In this document: piece after piece, positions 1-8,398 of the stretch
Layout: each line of letters opens with the position of its first letter
How positions within the stretch are numbered: the stretch's first letter is position 1
Source of the DNA: a virus
Lineage: Duplodnaviria; Caudoviricetes
Strand: one strand, 5' to 3'
DNA length: 64,000 bases
IMG/VR virus record: IMGVR_UViG_3300018413_000007
Span: 14,364 to 78,363 of that record
The notes under the pieces: model-generated
Seen by the model: the letters and a program-made list of their open reading frames with translations, nothing else
Database searches by the model: none
Told to the model about the DNA's origin: nothing
Translations under genes and position numbers: made by a program

Positions 1-540
1 TGTAACTTCAAGAACAGGATTATCGAACCCCTACGATCTCGGCTTTCTGAGGTAGATTTCTCTATTAACCCAGAAGAAAGACCTGCCCTTGCCATGCAAT
101 TCTTCAAACGTGTGACTACCATCCTCGATATGGAAGGGGTGACATATGACAAGAAGGTCGTGGCCAAGATCATCGAAAAATATTTTCCAGATTTTCGACG
201 GGTCCTTACTGAACTCCAATCCTATGCTGGTTCTGGTTCTATCGATGAGGGTATCTTCGTCAACCTTAAACAAGAATCGGTGGACGAACTCTTCTCTCTT
301 CTCAAGCAGAAGAACTTCACTGAGATGCGGAAATGGGTTGCCAAGAACTCTGATCAAGATATGAACGAACTCTTTCGTCGGATCTATGATACGGCCAGTG
401 ACAAGATTGAATTCAAATCTGTCCCCGGTCTGGTTGTAACCCTGGCTGATTATATGTACAAGGCCAATTTTGTTGCCGACCAAGAAATCAATATGGTTGC
501 TTTCTTGACTGAGATCATGATCGAATCGGAGTTCAAATAG
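1..540 (+). CDS. gp44: Sliding clamp loader large subunit (T4 gp44-like), 5'-truncated by the window
   Basis: Frame is open from base 1 (CNFKNRIIEPLRSRLSEVDF, the RFC sensor-1/SRC-like region) into the track ORF 94..540. It has FPDFRR and the C-terminal ADQEINMVAFLTEIM typical of gp44, and lies upstream of gp62 and regA. Confidence 0.93.
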   Translation, partial: CNFKNRIIEPLRSRLSEVDFSINPEERPALAMQFFKRVTTILDMEGVTYDKKVVAKIIEKYFPDFRRVLTELQSYAGSGSIDEGIFVNLKQESVDELFSLLKQKNFTEMRKWVAKNSDQDMNELFRRIYDTASDKIEFKSVPGLVVTLADYMYKANFVADQEINMVAFLTEIMIESEFK

Positions 541-728
541 TGTTCATCTCAAGAAAATGCTTTAATTGTGGAAAAAAGATCAAGACCAAACATGATCTCT
601 ATGAGATCACGATGAATACCCTAGAAGGTAAACACCAGGTCAAGGTCTGTGGTACCTGCGCCACACAATTTGATGAGATACTGAAAGATATTGAGGAGTT
701 ACATAGTGAAAGACCTAAGCCCATTTGA
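540..728 (+). CDS. Small putative zinc-ribbon protein (CxxC...CxxC)
   Basis: 62 aa with CFNC and CGTC. Its GTG start overlaps the gp44 stop and its end overlaps the gp62 start. Confidence 0.6.
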   Translation: MFISRKCFNCGKKIKTKHDLYEITMNTLEGKHQVKVCGTCATQFDEILKDIEELHSERPKPI

Positions 729-1101
729 TTTCATCTCAGCCGTTTCTGATAACAAGAAGGATCTTATCAGAGAATCAGACAACCCCGCTCTCACGGAGAA
801 AGAGTATCTACCCTTTATCGTGAATAGAGGCCTGTCATTCTTCGATGATTCAATACTGCATGTGAATGAAATGAACCAGAGACATCATATGTTCCCAGTG
901 GGTCAGTTCGATTATTATCGTGCTGCCCTTCGAAAGAGAAAGAGATTTTCGAAATGGTTCAAACCAGAACAGGACGTAGATCTTGATGCTATCCAGCAGG
1001 TCTATCAGTGTTCGAGGTCTATTGCAAAGCTTTACCTTAAAGCCCTATCCAAATCCCAGTTAAGTGAGATACATTCTCGTTTGGAGAAGGGTGGAAATTG
1101 A
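706..1101 (+). CDS. gp62: Clamp loader small subunit (T4 gp62-like)
   Basis: SPFDFI...YLPFIVNRGLSFFDD...QFDYYRAALRKRKRFSKWFK motifs. Likely GTG start at 706 with GAGGAG at 693-698, in frame with track ORF 691. Confidence 0.9.
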   Translation: MKDLSPFDFISAVSDNKKDLIRESDNPALTEKEYLPFIVNRGLSFFDDSILHVNEMNQRHHMFPVGQFDYYRAALRKRKRFSKWFKPEQDVDLDAIQQVYQCSRSIAKLYLKALSKSQLSEIHSRLEKGGN

Positions 1102-1107
1102 TACATT

Positions 1108-1115
1108 CCTAAATA
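1108..1115 (+). promoter_or_regulatory. Possible late-promoter variant (CCTAAATA) upstream of regA
   Basis: Intergenic; two mismatches to the T4 late consensus TATAAATA, with the TAAATA core intact. Confidence 0.35.
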
Positions 1116-1162
1116 GAATGATGACTTTTCCATAATAATAAGAAATAAGGTGAATTTGCAGT

Positions 1163-1567
1163 ATGGATTCAGAAGATATATTTAAGGGCGTCGGTGTCGA
1201 GATTGAATTACCCAATCAAGACAATTTCCTAAAAGTCCGTGAGACGCTCACAAGAATTGGTATTTCCTCGCGTAAAGAAAAAAAGCTCTATCAGTCTTGC
1301 CATATTTTACACAAGAAAGGTAGATATTCAATTTTGCATTTTAAAGAACTTTTTGTTCTGGATGGCAAGTACAATACGTTTACAGATGAAGACAAAGGAC
1401 GACGTAACGCAATCGTCAATTTGCTAGAAGAGTGGGAACTGATCAAGATAATCGACAAAGAAAAGGCCAACGATTTGGTGGCTCCACTCAACCAGATTAA
1501 AATCATTTCATTTAAAGATAAGAGCGATTGGGATTTAGTAGTAAAGTATAATATTGGTAAAAAATAA
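1163..1567 (+). CDS. regA: Translational repressor RegA
   Basis: DNFLKVRETLTRIGISSRKEKKLYQSCHILHKKGRYSILHFKELF is the RegA signature; canonical position after gp62. Confidence 0.97.
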   Translation: MDSEDIFKGVGVEIELPNQDNFLKVRETLTRIGISSRKEKKLYQSCHILHKKGRYSILHFKELFVLDGKYNTFTDEDKGRRNAIVNLLEEWELIKIIDKEKANDLVAPLNQIKIISFKDKSDWDLVVKYNIGKK

Positions 1568-1584
1568 ATTTTGAGGTTTATATT

Positions 1585-2091
1585 ATGAAAGTGTATAGAA
1601 GTGTTCAAGAGGCAACACTACCAGAATTCGCGACTGAGGGTTCTGCATGTTTTGATCTTAAAGCATGTTTCCAATTTGGAGATAGGCTCAAAAGTTATAA
1701 TGCGTGGAATAAAGAAACCCCCATTGTAGCCAAAGACCGACTTGAGGGTGACGCTGCAATCAAAATCCCACCCGAGACTCGTGTCCTTATACCTACCGGA
1801 TTGATCTTTGATATCCCAGACAATCATGTCCTCAAGGTATATGTTCGATCAAGTGTCGCCCTCAAAAAAGGGTTGACATTAGCGAATAACACTGGTATAA
1901 TAGATAGCGACTATGTCGATCCGTTATTCGTCGTCTTATACAACCTATCAGATACTCTGGTGATGATTAAGAATGGCGAAAGGATCGCTCAGGGAATGCT
2001 CCAGAAGACTCTGAAGTATTCTCTATCAGAAACAAAAACACAACCCGAACAAAAAACTGATCGGGATGGTGGATTGGGCAGTACAAACTAA
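1585..2091 (+). CDS. dut: Trimeric dUTPase
   Basis: Motifs GSACFDL, RSSVALKKGL, GIIDSDY, GERIAQG and RDGGLGST. Confidence 0.95.
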   Translation: MKVYRSVQEATLPEFATEGSACFDLKACFQFGDRLKSYNAWNKETPIVAKDRLEGDAAIKIPPETRVLIPTGLIFDIPDNHVLKVYVRSSVALKKGLTLANNTGIIDSDYVDPLFVVLYNLSDTLVMIKNGERIAQGMLQKTLKYSLSETKTQPEQKTDRDGGLGSTN

Positions 2092-2099
2092 TATAAATA
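2092..2099 (+). promoter_or_regulatory. T4-type late promoter TATAAATA for hsp20
   Basis: Exact TATAAATA immediately after the dut stop, 87 nt upstream of the hsp20 ATG. Confidence 0.8.
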
Positions 2100-2105
2100 A
2101 ATTCC

Positions 2106-2186
2106 GTGAGATGCCGAAAGGGTCTCATTGAACCGTCGGGTATTACCGGCACACAACTCAATGTCTTGCTTAAAAGGAGATAGCAC
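2106..2186 (+). promoter_or_regulatory. Structured hsp20 5' UTR, ROSE-like RNA thermometer candidate
   Basis: Three hairpins: 2107-2127 (GAAA loop), 2135-2150 and 2162-2182. In the third, UGUCUUGCU pairs with AGGAGAUA (the SD) with a bulged G; it contains the ROSE UUGCU motif. Confidence 0.6.
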
Positions 2187-2642
2187 ATGACTACACTTAA
2201 GTTTAATACTTTAAGCCCCTATTCCGTTGGTTTTGATCGTATGTTCGATCGTCTGAATGAAATGCATCATGCAACTCATTCTAATAACCAAGGATTCCCC
2301 CCATACAATATCCGCAGAGAAGCAGAAGATTTTTATATCGACATAGCTCTCGCTGGAATCGATCAAGACGATATTGACATCGAGGTCAAAGAAGACCAAC
2401 TGACTGTCAAATCTGCTTGGGAAGAGCCTGGTGATTATATGAATGCCGGTGGCGAATATCTTCATCGCGGTATATCACGAAAGAAATTTACTCGACAATT
2501 CACCCTCACGGATGATATTGAGGTGCAAGGAGCCGAGTATGTCAATGGTCTTTTAACTATTCATTTGGAAAGGATTATCCCCGAAGAGAAAAGACCCAAG
2601 AAAATAGCCATTAATTCTAAAAAAGAACTATTGGTCGATTGA
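2187..2642 (+). CDS. hsp20: Small heat shock protein Hsp20 (IbpA-like)
   Basis: SVGFDRMFD, FPPYNI, IALAG, YLHRGIS.RKFTRQFTL, GAEYVNGLLTIHLERIIPEEKRPKKI. Confidence 0.95.
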   Translation: MTTLKFNTLSPYSVGFDRMFDRLNEMHHATHSNNQGFPPYNIRREAEDFYIDIALAGIDQDDIDIEVKEDQLTVKSAWEEPGDYMNAGGEYLHRGISRKKFTRQFTLTDDIEVQGAEYVNGLLTIHLERIIPEEKRPKKIAINSKKELLVD

Positions 2643-2655
2643 GGAGACTTATATA

Positions 2656-3240
2656 ATGGAATTACAAGGACGACTACTACCTGATGTAGTCTTTAAGACA
2701 CGTGTACGCGACGAATCGATTGGCGGTGACAATCCCTATCGGTGGGAAGATGTAACCACGGATGATCTTTTCGAGAAGAAGCGTATAGTTGTATTCAGTT
2801 TGCCTGGAGCATTCACACCCACGTGTTCGACGTATCAGGTACCTGGCTTTGAAGAGGCCTATGAGTGCATCAAATCACTTCATGTTGATGACGTTTACTG
2901 TGTATCGGTAAATGACGCATTTGTAATGAATGCCTGGGCTAAGGCTCAAGGAGTGGAAAACATCAAGATGATTCCAGATGGCTCTGGTCAATTTACTGCT
3001 GGACTTAATATGTTGGTCGAAAAAGACAATCTCGGCTTTGGAAATCGATCATGGCGATATGCAATGTTAGTCACCGACTGTGTCGTTGAGAAAGCATTCG
3101 TAGAACCAGGTCAGATGGACAATTGCCCAGAAGATCCTTATGGTGAATCTGCTCCAGAAAAAGTCATCGCTTACCTCGAATCAGTTGCTGAAAGATTTGC
3201 GGTACGATCTGTAGGGAGTAAGGATGAAAAAGCTGCGTAA
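2656..3240 (+). CDS. Peroxiredoxin (type II / Prx5-like), auxiliary gene
   Basis: FSLPGAFTPTCS active-site motif, VSVNDAFVMNAW, GFGNRSWRYAM. Confidence 0.93.
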   Translation: MELQGRLLPDVVFKTRVRDESIGGDNPYRWEDVTTDDLFEKKRIVVFSLPGAFTPTCSTYQVPGFEEAYECIKSLHVDDVYCVSVNDAFVMNAWAKAQGVENIKMIPDGSGQFTAGLNMLVEKDNLGFGNRSWRYAMLVTDCVVEKAFVEPGQMDNCPEDPYGESAPEKVIAYLESVAERFAVRSVGSKDEKAA

Positions 3241-3376
3241 TTTTCTTATACAATACTGGGCTGATTTTAAAGAGGCTTTACAGTGGATGAATTTCATCGA
3301 AATGTATGACCATAATCTAAATGAAGCTCTTAGAAAAAGAGAAGAACAAAGGCAAAAAGAAAAGGAGTCCGAATAG
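3224..3376 (+). CDS. Small hypothetical protein (50 aa, not in the ORF track)
   Basis: Hand translation: MKKLRNFLIQYWADFKEALQWMNFIEMYDHNLNEALRKREEQRQKEKESE. GGAG at 3215-3218; fills the gap up to the terminator. Confidence 0.5.
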   Translation: MKKLRNFLIQYWADFKEALQWMNFIEMYDHNLNEALRKREEQRQKEKESE

Positions 3377-3390
3377 GGCTCCTTTTTTTT
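3361..3390. terminator. Bidirectional intrinsic terminator between convergent operons
   Basis: Stem GGAGTCC (3364-3370) / GGGCTCC (3376-3382) with loop GAATA, a T8 tract downstream and an A-tract upstream. Confidence 0.85.
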
Positions 3391-5134
3391 AGCTTATTGG
3401 CCCGAAGACATCTTGCTGGACAGGAGATCCATTAGCATTAACACTAGTAAATGTCTGCGTAGGACCACCTTTAATATCATTAACGATATTCGTGTGATTA
3501 TCACCACCTCTGTTCACCTCGACAGTCACTGTCTGAGCCTGAACATTCGCGACACTTTCTAATTTCGCAGCCATATCTGCCGGCATTTCTTGTATTACGG
3601 CATTTGGTGGAGGGGTGAGAGGAGTAGGAGCTTCGGCAGCATCCATTATTGGTGTTACGGCCGGAGTTATTTCAAGATCCATTCCAGCAAGTTGTCCAGC
3701 GAGACCCTCTCTTTGTTGGCGTAAAAGTGCCATCTTCTCGTCGAATTCTTCCTTTTCTCTTTCCAGAAGACGTGCACTTCGAAGGGTTTTGGATCGGCCG
3801 CGGCCAACATAAATGCTTCGATTATCAAAAGCTTCTTGGGCTTCAGCCATTTCAGTATCTAATCTGTCTAATTCTGCCTGGGCCCTTGCATTGAATTCAT
3901 CGTCTGATAAGATTTCGGCTCTTTTTCTCTCAGGTAACGCGTCTATGTATTCTTGATATTTGTCACCGAGTGATTCTTGAAGTCGCTGTCTTTCTCTACG
4001 AGCTGCAATAATGTCTTCTGCCTCATTCGACAGGATTCCTTTGTCTAAGACGTCGTCTTGAATGAAATCATAAACCTCTTTCCCTAGACCATAGGCAAAT
4101 CCAGCAACGGCTCCTACGAGAGCTCCTTTAGGACCAAACATCATACCAAGGGTGGCACCAGCTCCAGCACTAATTCCTACTGATGTGGCGGATTCTCTAA
4201 GGTCAAAATTCTTGATGTCAGCATTTCTGGCTTCACCTCTAATAAAAGAGGCTATATCTTCAGCGTAGATCAATCCGGCCACACCCAGGGCACCCATCAT
4301 TGCCTTACCCATACCCTTACCAGCAGCGCCAGACATTGCACCAGGCATTCCAGTAACAAGACTTGCAATTGCCTTTCCAGCAATAGATGTTCCAATAGAG
4401 GTAATGAGTTTAGCACCGACTGCTGATGCTGCAAGACCGGTCAGAATCTTTAAAGGATCATCGAAGTATGTAATCATACTCTGTAATCCTGCACCGGCCT
4501 GACCAATGAATTCAACAGCAGTGGTTCCAAACTCTAATAGTGTTTGACCGAGACCAGCGAAATCAAAGTTTTTGATATCTTCCATAAACCGATCAAACCC
4601 ACCATCGGTCATTTCGTTAACAAATCCTTTTATTACTTTAAAAGCAATATAACCCCCACCAGCAAAGATAGCAAGATTCTTCAGAAGACTTCTTGCTCCA
4701 CCGCCTATAAGTTTGTCAAGAAGGCCTGGTCCTTTTGCTTCTTTTAGGTCAGATTTTGCTCTGAATAGATCAGCCTTTTCTCGAAGCATTCTGATTTCTT
4801 TGGCAGTTTCAGATTCCCCATCGTCTAATTCGGCCAGATCAGCATTTCGTTTTGCGGTTTCAGCTTGATCTTGAGCTAGACCTTGCATCCCGTCTAAGAT
4901 AGAACTTTGATCTGCAATGGCATCAGAGATACTATCGAACGCAACAGAAAATTTTTCCAACTCGACATTTGTTTGACGAATAGAGTTCTTACCACTATTA
5001 CGCAGTAATTGTCCTTCTCGCTTGAGACGATCAATGATTGCCTCTGTCTGTTCAGAATATTGCTTCTTATCTTCGGTTCGATTAGTCGAAGCTCTACCCT
5101 TCATGGGTAATGATCCTGCTGTTTCTTCTGCCAT
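3389..5134 (-). CDS. Baseplate hub / tail tape-measure protein (gp29-like)
   Basis: 581 aa with coiled-coil termini and Gly/Ala-rich hydrophobic central helices; positioned after gp26 and gp51 as in T4-like phages. The call rests on synteny and composition. Confidence 0.65.
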   Translation of the reverse strand: MAEETAGSLPMKGRASTNRTEDKKQYSEQTEAIIDRLKREGQLLRNSGKNSIRQTNVELEKFSVAFDSISDAIADQSSILDGMQGLAQDQAETAKRNADLAELDDGESETAKEIRMLREKADLFRAKSDLKEAKGPGLLDKLIGGGARSLLKNLAIFAGGGYIAFKVIKGFVNEMTDGGFDRFMEDIKNFDFAGLGQTLLEFGTTAVEFIGQAGAGLQSMITYFDDPLKILTGLAASAVGAKLITSIGTSIAGKAIASLVTGMPGAMSGAAGKGMGKAMMGALGVAGLIYAEDIASFIRGEARNADIKNFDLRESATSVGISAGAGATLGMMFGPKGALVGAVAGFAYGLGKEVYDFIQDDVLDKGILSNEAEDIIAARRERQRLQESLGDKYQEYIDALPERKRAEILSDDEFNARAQAELDRLDTEMAEAQEAFDNRSIYVGRGRSKTLRSARLLEREKEEFDEKMALLRQQREGLAGQLAGMDLEITPAVTPIMDAAEAPTPLTPPPNAVIQEMPADMAAKLESVANVQAQTVTVEVNRGGDNHTNIVNDIKGGPTQTFTSVNANGSPVQQDVFGPIS

Positions 5135-5136
5135 TG

Positions 5137-5307
5137 TTATTTCTTCTGTTTTTCTTTTTGTTCTTCGACCCAGTTAACTAACATCGCGAAATACAGGTCT
5201 CTTTCGTATGGTATTAACTTTTCCAGCTCACCTATTGAGTATTTATGATGCTGCACCATGGCAAACAAGACCTGATAATAGTTTCCCAAAGTGGTATGGC
5301 ACAGCAT
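5137..5307 (-). CDS. Small baseplate hub assembly protein (gp51-like, as in marine T4-like phages; not in the ORF track)
   Basis: Hand translation, 56 aa: MLCHTTLGNYYQVLFAMVQHHKYSIGELEKLIPYERDLYFAMLVNWVEEQKEKQKK. Shows the F-x-M-x-QHHKYS...P(W/Y)ERD pattern and a TAATG overlap with the gp26 stop. Confidence 0.8.
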   Translation of the reverse strand: MLCHTTLGNYYQVLFAMVQHHKYSIGELEKLIPYERDLYFAMLVNWVEEQKEKQKK

Positions 5308-6008
5308 TAGATAAAAAACGTTCGCATTCCCTCTATCACAAATGTCTTTTCGGTACCTTCCTTATTGGTGTATTGGATCTCGTGTCTCAATTTTGGCATT
5401 GTCTGGAAAAAGGTCTGAATCCCTTTAATTACATCTCCAGTCATATTACCCATAAAATCGTCGATCTCTTCGTCAGAATACTCAGAAAAATCATGTACCT
5501 CGTCCTCTGATGCTATCTTATCTAAACACGAAATCATAATAAAATAATTTACCAATGGATCGGTAGGTTCGAAACTGAGAATCTTAATGAATTCATCGAT
5601 ACTTGGATATTTTAAAAACAAATAATATTCATCATTAATCTTGATTTTATTTGAGTGTCCTTCTGGCTTAACCAGCTTGACTTCATCTAAATCGAGATTG
5701 ACCGTGATCTGTTCTTCTGTATCTGGGTCAGTTAATCTGAATTCAATATTGTTATCAATCGATTTAGATCTCATCGTCAATAACACGAATTCCAAATCAA
5801 ACATTGCAAGATCTGTAATTTCCTTATCGATCAAGCAATTGTTCACAACTTGTTTAGCAGCGAGAACCTCTTGCTCTGGATCTTTGGACTCTTGAGCCAC
5901 AAGTAAGATTTTTTCTTCTTTGACCGTGAAAGGTCGGTATTTTATTTTTTCACCCGTGGAAGGAAGCTCCATTTCCAAAATAGGTAAATCAATTTTAGGC
6001 AACGCCAT
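5307..6008 (-). CDS. gp26: Baseplate hub subunit gp26
   Basis: MALPKIDLP...LPSTGEKIKYRPFTVKEEKILL.AQES, FF.TMPKL.H, IEGMRTFF. Confidence 0.92.
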   Translation of the reverse strand: MALPKIDLPILEMELPSTGEKIKYRPFTVKEEKILLVAQESKDPEQEVLAAKQVVNNCLIDKEITDLAMFDLEFVLLTMRSKSIDNNIEFRLTDPDTEEQITVNLDLDEVKLVKPEGHSNKIKINDEYYLFLKYPSIDEFIKILSFEPTDPLVNYFIMISCLDKIASEDEVHDFSEYSDEEIDDFMGNMTGDVIKGIQTFFQTMPKLRHEIQYTNKEGTEKTFVIEGMRTFFI

Positions 6009-6024
6009 AATATACTCCTATGTT

Positions 6025-6807
6025 TTAGCCACCTCCGAAGATGTCGCTAATATTATCAAACGAATTACGAACTCTAGTCAACCTATTGACAGCATCTTGT
6101 ACTGATGTTACACTATTGCCTTGATTGACCGTTTGTCGGACGACATCTGCGAATCCAGCAATGGCTCCGATTGTCTCTAAGAGACCAGCACCTCTACCGA
6201 GGGAACTTCTATTGGTCCCATTAATTTCACCTGCAAATCTAAATCTATCGAATGAAAACTCGACGGGGAGAGTCATAAACGAATCATTGTCTTCCCAGGC
6301 CAGGTCAATATTTCCTAATGAGGTAGGGAATATGTTTTCAAATTGTGTTTCGTAATAACGGAAATCACTAGAATCTGTGGTATAGTGTCGAACGAACATG
6401 TCTAATGTATAATCGCTTTTATAGCCCACCTCGAATGGTAACTGATCTCCGTTGATCGATGAAAGTGGACCACCTGTCGTTCCGTAATTCACAACAGTCT
6501 GCATCCAAGAATGGAAGAATCGAAGCACTTCGTGGTCTGAATCACACAAAAAGATTGCCTGGATTGGTTCCTTTGAAATGGTGGTGGGGAACTCTCTATT
6601 CAATTGGCCGACCTTAACATCTTCTGCCATATTAAGTGAGATGCCTGGAATTGTAATACTGCTGCAGAAAAAAGAAAAATCTCTAGGCCCTATCCTAGAT
6701 GTATTCAACCGGGGCCGATTGGATATACGTACCTCAAAAAGATTCGATCGGCTGGGACCACCATATCGATCAAATGTTGACTTGAATTGCGTTATGTTAA
6801 AAGGCAC
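6025..6807 (-). CDS. Tail tube-like / baseplate-tail tube initiator (gp54/gp19 family)
   Basis: GGPSRSNLFEV, FFCSSITIPG, FFHSWMQ, FPTSLGNIDLAW...LPVEFSF: a tail-tube fold pattern. Confidence 0.75.
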   Translation of the reverse strand: MPFNITQFKSTFDRYGGPSRSNLFEVRISNRPRLNTSRIGPRDFSFFCSSITIPGISLNMAEDVKVGQLNREFPTTISKEPIQAIFLCDSDHEVLRFFHSWMQTVVNYGTTGGPLSSINGDQLPFEVGYKSDYTLDMFVRHYTTDSSDFRYYETQFENIFPTSLGNIDLAWEDNDSFMTLPVEFSFDRFRFAGEINGTNRSSLGRGAGLLETIGAIAGFADVVRQTVNQGNSVTSVQDAVNRLTRVRNSFDNISDIFGGG

Positions 6808-6810
6808 TTA

Positions 6811-7416
6811 TTATCCCCTTATTATTTTTCTGGAATCTGCCCAGACCTTTTGTTTACTAGCACCGACAAAATTTGCTGTCGGTAAAAATAGTGCTGTATC
6901 CCATTCCGAAGGAGCGACTAATAAAAACCGAGACTGTAATTGATTCGATAGATAATGTTTGACAGTCGGTTTAAATGGCTTAAATTTAGCAGCACTATTT
7001 AAAATATCGTACGATATCTTCAATCGAGTCGAATCATCGTATTTTTTATTTGTCGTTGTCGAATATAGAGCATCCATCAGTTTAGCTCTCAACGTAGGTG
7101 GGAGATAATGTAGGTTGATCCCAAGAAAGCCACCCTTAGCTCTATTTATTGGAAAAACGAGAGGAAATTTATCATAATACGGTAAGGTGTCTTTATGCTT
7201 TGGATCATATGCGAACATGTACATATTGCCGTATTGAAGCCGGCCCTTTGCCCTACCAGATTTGGTCAACTGAGATTCAAGTTTTGATTGAGATACCGAG
7301 CCCTTGCTTACCCCCTGGGCTTGTTTACGGTACCATTCTCGTGCGGCTTTGGTTCGCCCCGGCACTTGTCCGGCACGAATTCCCTTTAATAATATTTCGT
7401 CGAATATTTGAGCCAC
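6811..7416 (-). CDS. gp2: DNA end protector protein gp2
   Basis: GNMYMFAYDPKHKDTLPYYDKFPLVFP, GFLGINLHYLPP.LRAKL, VKHYL, EWDTALFLPTANF. Confidence 0.95.
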   Translation of the reverse strand: MAQIFDEILLKGIRAGQVPGRTKAAREWYRKQAQGVSKGSVSQSKLESQLTKSGRAKGRLQYGNMYMFAYDPKHKDTLPYYDKFPLVFPINRAKGGFLGINLHYLPPTLRAKLMDALYSTTTNKKYDDSTRLKISYDILNSAAKFKPFKPTVKHYLSNQLQSRFLLVAPSEWDTALFLPTANFVGASKQKVWADSRKIIRG

Positions 7417-7904
7417 TATTCCTCCCAGGTCCAGGCACTACAGTTATGGAGGTCTTCCCACGGGTCGACCAGAAATATTTGAAGTGTATCAGATGCAGGA
7501 TATTCAACATCCTTACACTGAACAGCCTCGGTATGTCCAATCATAAACTTCCCACCCGGTTTCAACGTACATCGGGTGATCCCGCTCAATGAACTCCATT
7601 CTGGGCAAATTGCATTTGCCTTTCTATATTCCTCTCTGGTAAATTGGGTCGGAATATCGAGTGACCACCATCTACCTGTTGCCGATTCTGGATATTCCAT
7701 ATTGAACACACGCCAGAGAATAATGGGTTCGTCTGATGTGTTTTCATAAAAGATAGTATCACTGATAGGCATATCGATACCACACAACTGATCGATCATT
7801 GGATGATCATCATGGGCCTGACAAGCACCCTTCACACTCTGTGTATAAACACCTAACACGAATGCCAAAAACAAAAACCCTAATCTATTCACTATCCTAA
7901 TCAT
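7416..7904 (-). CDS. Exported Cys-rich hypothetical protein, possible ART/TNT-like fold
   Basis: Probable start 7904 (ATGA overlap with the gp4 stop); its stop overlaps the gp2 GTG. Has an N-terminal hydrophobic signal-like segment, 6 Cys, and the motifs LWRVF, GRWWS, YRKANAICPEWS and LKPG. Confidence 0.7.
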   Translation of the reverse strand: MIRIVNRLGFLFLAFVLGVYTQSVKGACQAHDDHPMIDQLCGIDMPISDTIFYENTSDEPIILWRVFNMEYPESATGRWWSLDIPTQFTREEYRKANAICPEWSSLSGITRCTLKPGGKFMIGHTEAVQCKDVEYPASDTLQIFLVDPWEDLHNCSAWTWEE

Positions 7905-8359
7905 TTTATACCCAATTCCTTTTCGGTCCAAATTTGAAATTCCCAGCCTCGATCAGCACAATAGCTTCTTGCTGCTTTCCATTTCGCTTCATTCACACCC
8001 CAGGTTTTAACCTCTCTCAGATATCTGGTAGATATTCTACCCGTGGGTGTCGCATTCTTTTTCTTTATATCGGGTGGCCGAGTTTGTCCGGCTGGTTTGA
8101 TTTCTATCATCAATGTACCAATACTGCCGTCTCGTTTTCGCATGTGCACAATCACGTCTGGATAGTACCTATGCACCTTTCCATCGATCGGTGATCTATA
8201 CGGGACGACAAGCTCTTCCGATTGCCACCAAATCACATCTGGGTGATCATCTACCAAACGAAAAAACTTCAATTCCCACAAGGATCTATAAATTATGTTT
8301 GTAGGGTTGCCCTTATACTTTGCAGGGTTCTTGGGCCTAAACCTACCTTTATACGCCAT
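7901..8359 (-). CDS. gp4: Head completion nuclease gp4 (TnsA-like PD-(D/E)xK)
   Basis: MAYKGRFRPKNPAKYKGNPTNIIYRSLWE, SEELVVPY, HRYYPD, IEIKP, VNEAKW.AAR. Confidence 0.96.
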   Translation of the reverse strand: MAYKGRFRPKNPAKYKGNPTNIIYRSLWELKFFRLVDDHPDVIWWQSEELVVPYRSPIDGKVHRYYPDVIVHMRKRDGSIGTLMIEIKPAGQTRPPDIKKKNATPTGRISTRYLREVKTWGVNEAKWKAARSYCADRGWEFQIWTEKELGIK

Positions 8360-8372
8360 TTGTCAAGTTCGA

Positions 8373-8380
8373 TATAAATA
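8373..8380 (+). promoter_or_regulatory. T4 late promoter TATAAATA driving the baseplate operon
   Basis: Exact consensus in the divergent gp4/gp48 gap. Confidence 0.85.
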
Positions 8381-8398
8381 AAAAGTAATTGCCTTTAA

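Noticed and set aside
31-483. 150-aa minus-strand ORF
   Set aside because: Antisense shadow of gp44; no motifs, and the plus strand has the clear homology.
7149-7592. 147-aa plus-strand ORF opposite gp2 and the inserted gene
   Set aside because: Shadow ORF over two well-supported minus-strand genes; no recognisable motif.
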